Part shown: positions 33,776-34,947 of the stretch, one piece after another
How positions within the stretch are numbered: the stretch's first letter is position 1
Layout: each line of letters begins with the position of its first letter
From: an uncultured Thermococci archaeon
GTDB taxonomy: Archaea; CAYQAE01; CAYVLA01
Assembly: GCA_964549615.1 (NCBI GenBank)
Contig: CAZJVP010000067.1
Location: 1 to 34,947 of the forward strand
Direction: 5' to 3'
Length of the DNA: 34,947 bases
Notes under the pieces: model-generated
Told to the model about the DNA's origin: nothing
The model's input: only the letters and a program-made list of their open reading frames with translations
Databases searched by the model: none
Program-made: the position numbers and the translations under genes

Positions 33776-34947
33776 ATGGAGAGATGGTCTTTGCGCTTCC
33801 GGCGAGTGATGGTGTTTGCGCGGCGCAGAAGGGCCGCCTCATTGCTCTTGGTCTGCGGCTTCGTAGCCGCGGGGTTTGCTGGGTTGGCCGGGGCCCAGGT
33901 GGTCGGTGAGCAGACTATGGACGACGTGATCAAGGCACCTCCCGGCAGGCTCTTGAGGATGTGGAAGAACGGCGAGATAGACCAAGCCGAGCTTGTCAAA
34001 GCGATCAGTTGGAGGCAACTACCGTCTGGCGTTTTGAGGGGCCTCGTCTCGTCGAAGGAGATGAGCAACGAGACGCTCACAGCCATAATAGAGACCCAGG
34101 ACCTCTTCCGGGCCGGCGCCCTCAAAGCCATCCTTGAGAAGAACCTCACCGAAGGCCAGGTTGCCCTGCTCGCCAAGAGCCAGAAACTCAACCCCGACGC
34201 CGTAGACATCATCGTGACGAAGTGGAACCTGAGCGAAAGATCGTTACTGGTCCTAATGGAGCACCAGAACCTCACCCCGAGCAGCATGAAGAGGATAGTC
34301 GAGTCGGAGAACGTAAGCGGTCCGGTCCTCGTCAAGATGCTTGAGAATCAGCAGACGACGCCAAGCCTCTTGGAGGATGTCCTGCTCGGCGACAAGTTGA
34401 AGGCCGCAGATGTGCAATACGTCCTCAGCTGGGGCAGGATCCCGCCCGGCATTCTGGACAAAGTCATAGATGGGAGGGAGCTCGATGAGGGTAGCCTTAG
34501 CGTACTGATAGAATCCCAGGACCTGCCGCCGGGGCAGATCTCCAAGCTTCTTGACAAACAGGACCTGACGGTGGAGCAGCTCGCAAAGCTTCTCGAAAGG
34601 AATCTCCCGAAGCCGCTCAGGGAGCAGATCGAGAGCAAGAAGACCCAGTTGGAGCAAGAACAGCAGCAGGAGCAGGAACAGGAGCAAGAACAGGAGCAAG
34701 GAGAGGCGCAGGGCCAAGGGCACGGACAGGGCCAGGGTAAGTCGGACGATAAAGGCAAACCGGACGACAACAGCAACCCGAACTCAGACGAGACGGCTGA
34801 ACAGGAACAGAACAAAGGCAAACCCGAGGACGCAGGCAAACCCGAGGACGCAGGCAAACCCGAAGACGCAGGCAAACCCGAGGACGCAGGCAAACCCGAA
34901 GACGCAGGCAAACCCGAAGACGCAGGCAAACCCGAAGACGTTCCAAG
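33776..34947 (+). CDS. Secreted repeat protein, 3'-truncated by the window end (absent from the ORF track)
   Basis: SD GAGGTGA then ATG 33776, open to the window end. Signal peptide (RRRRAASLLLVCGFVAAGFAGLAGA-Q), many 14-aa helical repeats, an EQ/GQ-rich tract, GKPEDA repeats. Confidence 0.88.
   Translation, partial: MERWSLRFRRVMVFARRRRAASLLLVCGFVAAGFAGLAGAQVVGEQTMDDVIKAPPGRLLRMWKNGEIDQAELVKAISWRQLPSGVLRGLVSSKEMSNETLTAIIETQDLFRAGALKAILEKNLTEGQVALLAKSQKLNPDAVDIIVTKWNLSERSLLVLMEHQNLTPSSMKRIVESENVSGPVLVKMLENQQTTPSLLEDVLLGDKLKAADVQYVLSWGRIPPGILDKVIDGRELDEGSLSVLIESQDLPPGQISKLLDKQDLTVEQLAKLLERNLPKPLREQIESKKTQLEQEQQQEQEQEQEQEQGEAQGQGHGQGQGKSDDKGKPDDNSNPNSDETAEQEQNKGKPEDAGKPEDAGKPEDAGKPEDAGKPEDAGKPEDAGKPEDVP
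34817..34942 (+). repeat. Coding tandem repeat, 7 x 18 bp (GGCAAACCCGARGACGCA) encoding GKPEDA
   Basis: Units start at 34817, 34835, 34853, 34871, 34889, 34907 and 34925. They differ only at the synonymous GAG/GAA position; the last unit ends in GTT. Confidence 0.95.

Noticed and set aside
761-34929. Long antisense or alternate-frame ORFs (e.g. 761..1462, 2030..2767, 4009..4509, 6531..7181, 19225..19899, 30090..31181, 33712..34335, 34348..34929)
   Set aside because: They are shadows of well-supported genes in GC-rich DNA and carry no motifs of their own.
34817-34942. CRISPR array
   Set aside because: The units are head-to-tail 18-mers without spacers, in frame in a CDS, vary only at a synonymous site, and there are no cas genes.

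Overview
A GC-rich archaeal chromosomal window. Evidence: an archaeal tRNA with a bulge-helix-bulge intron, TATA boxes about 25 nt upstream of many apparently leaderless genes, GGAGGTGA-type Shine-Dalgarno (SD) sites on others, and an archaeal aroA'. A TACK-type anaerobic heterotroph is an inference. In order, it contains: tRNA-Pro(GGG) with a non-canonical 32/33 intron; convergent hypA and aor-hypB; a loose set of mostly uncharacterised catabolic enzymes (DUF4838, Gfo/Idh/MocA, class III aminotransferase, DUF4038/GH140-like, alpha/beta hydrolase, histidine phosphatase, DapA-like aldolase, three UroD/MtaA-like proteins, a Thr-type sulfatase-like protein); two paralogous membrane-anchored GATase1-like proteins; several small zinc-finger proteins, one of them an unlisted 59-aa C2H2 ORF; an MFS transporter; and a membrane-bound wHTH regulator followed by a secreted repeat protein that runs off the window end. 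The strongest candidate for an undescribed system is the operon at 22739-27928. It is a complete ECF transporter whose S-component is fused to a molybdopterin-binding-like (Oxidored_molyb) domain, preceded by a membrane-anchored protein with four more such domains. A 24-bp ModE-type palindrome lies over its predicted transcription start. I infer a Mo/W-regulated uptake system for a pterin cofactor or metal. Family assignments come from motifs recognised by eye, not from database searches. No CRISPR array, rRNA or intact mobile element was seen.
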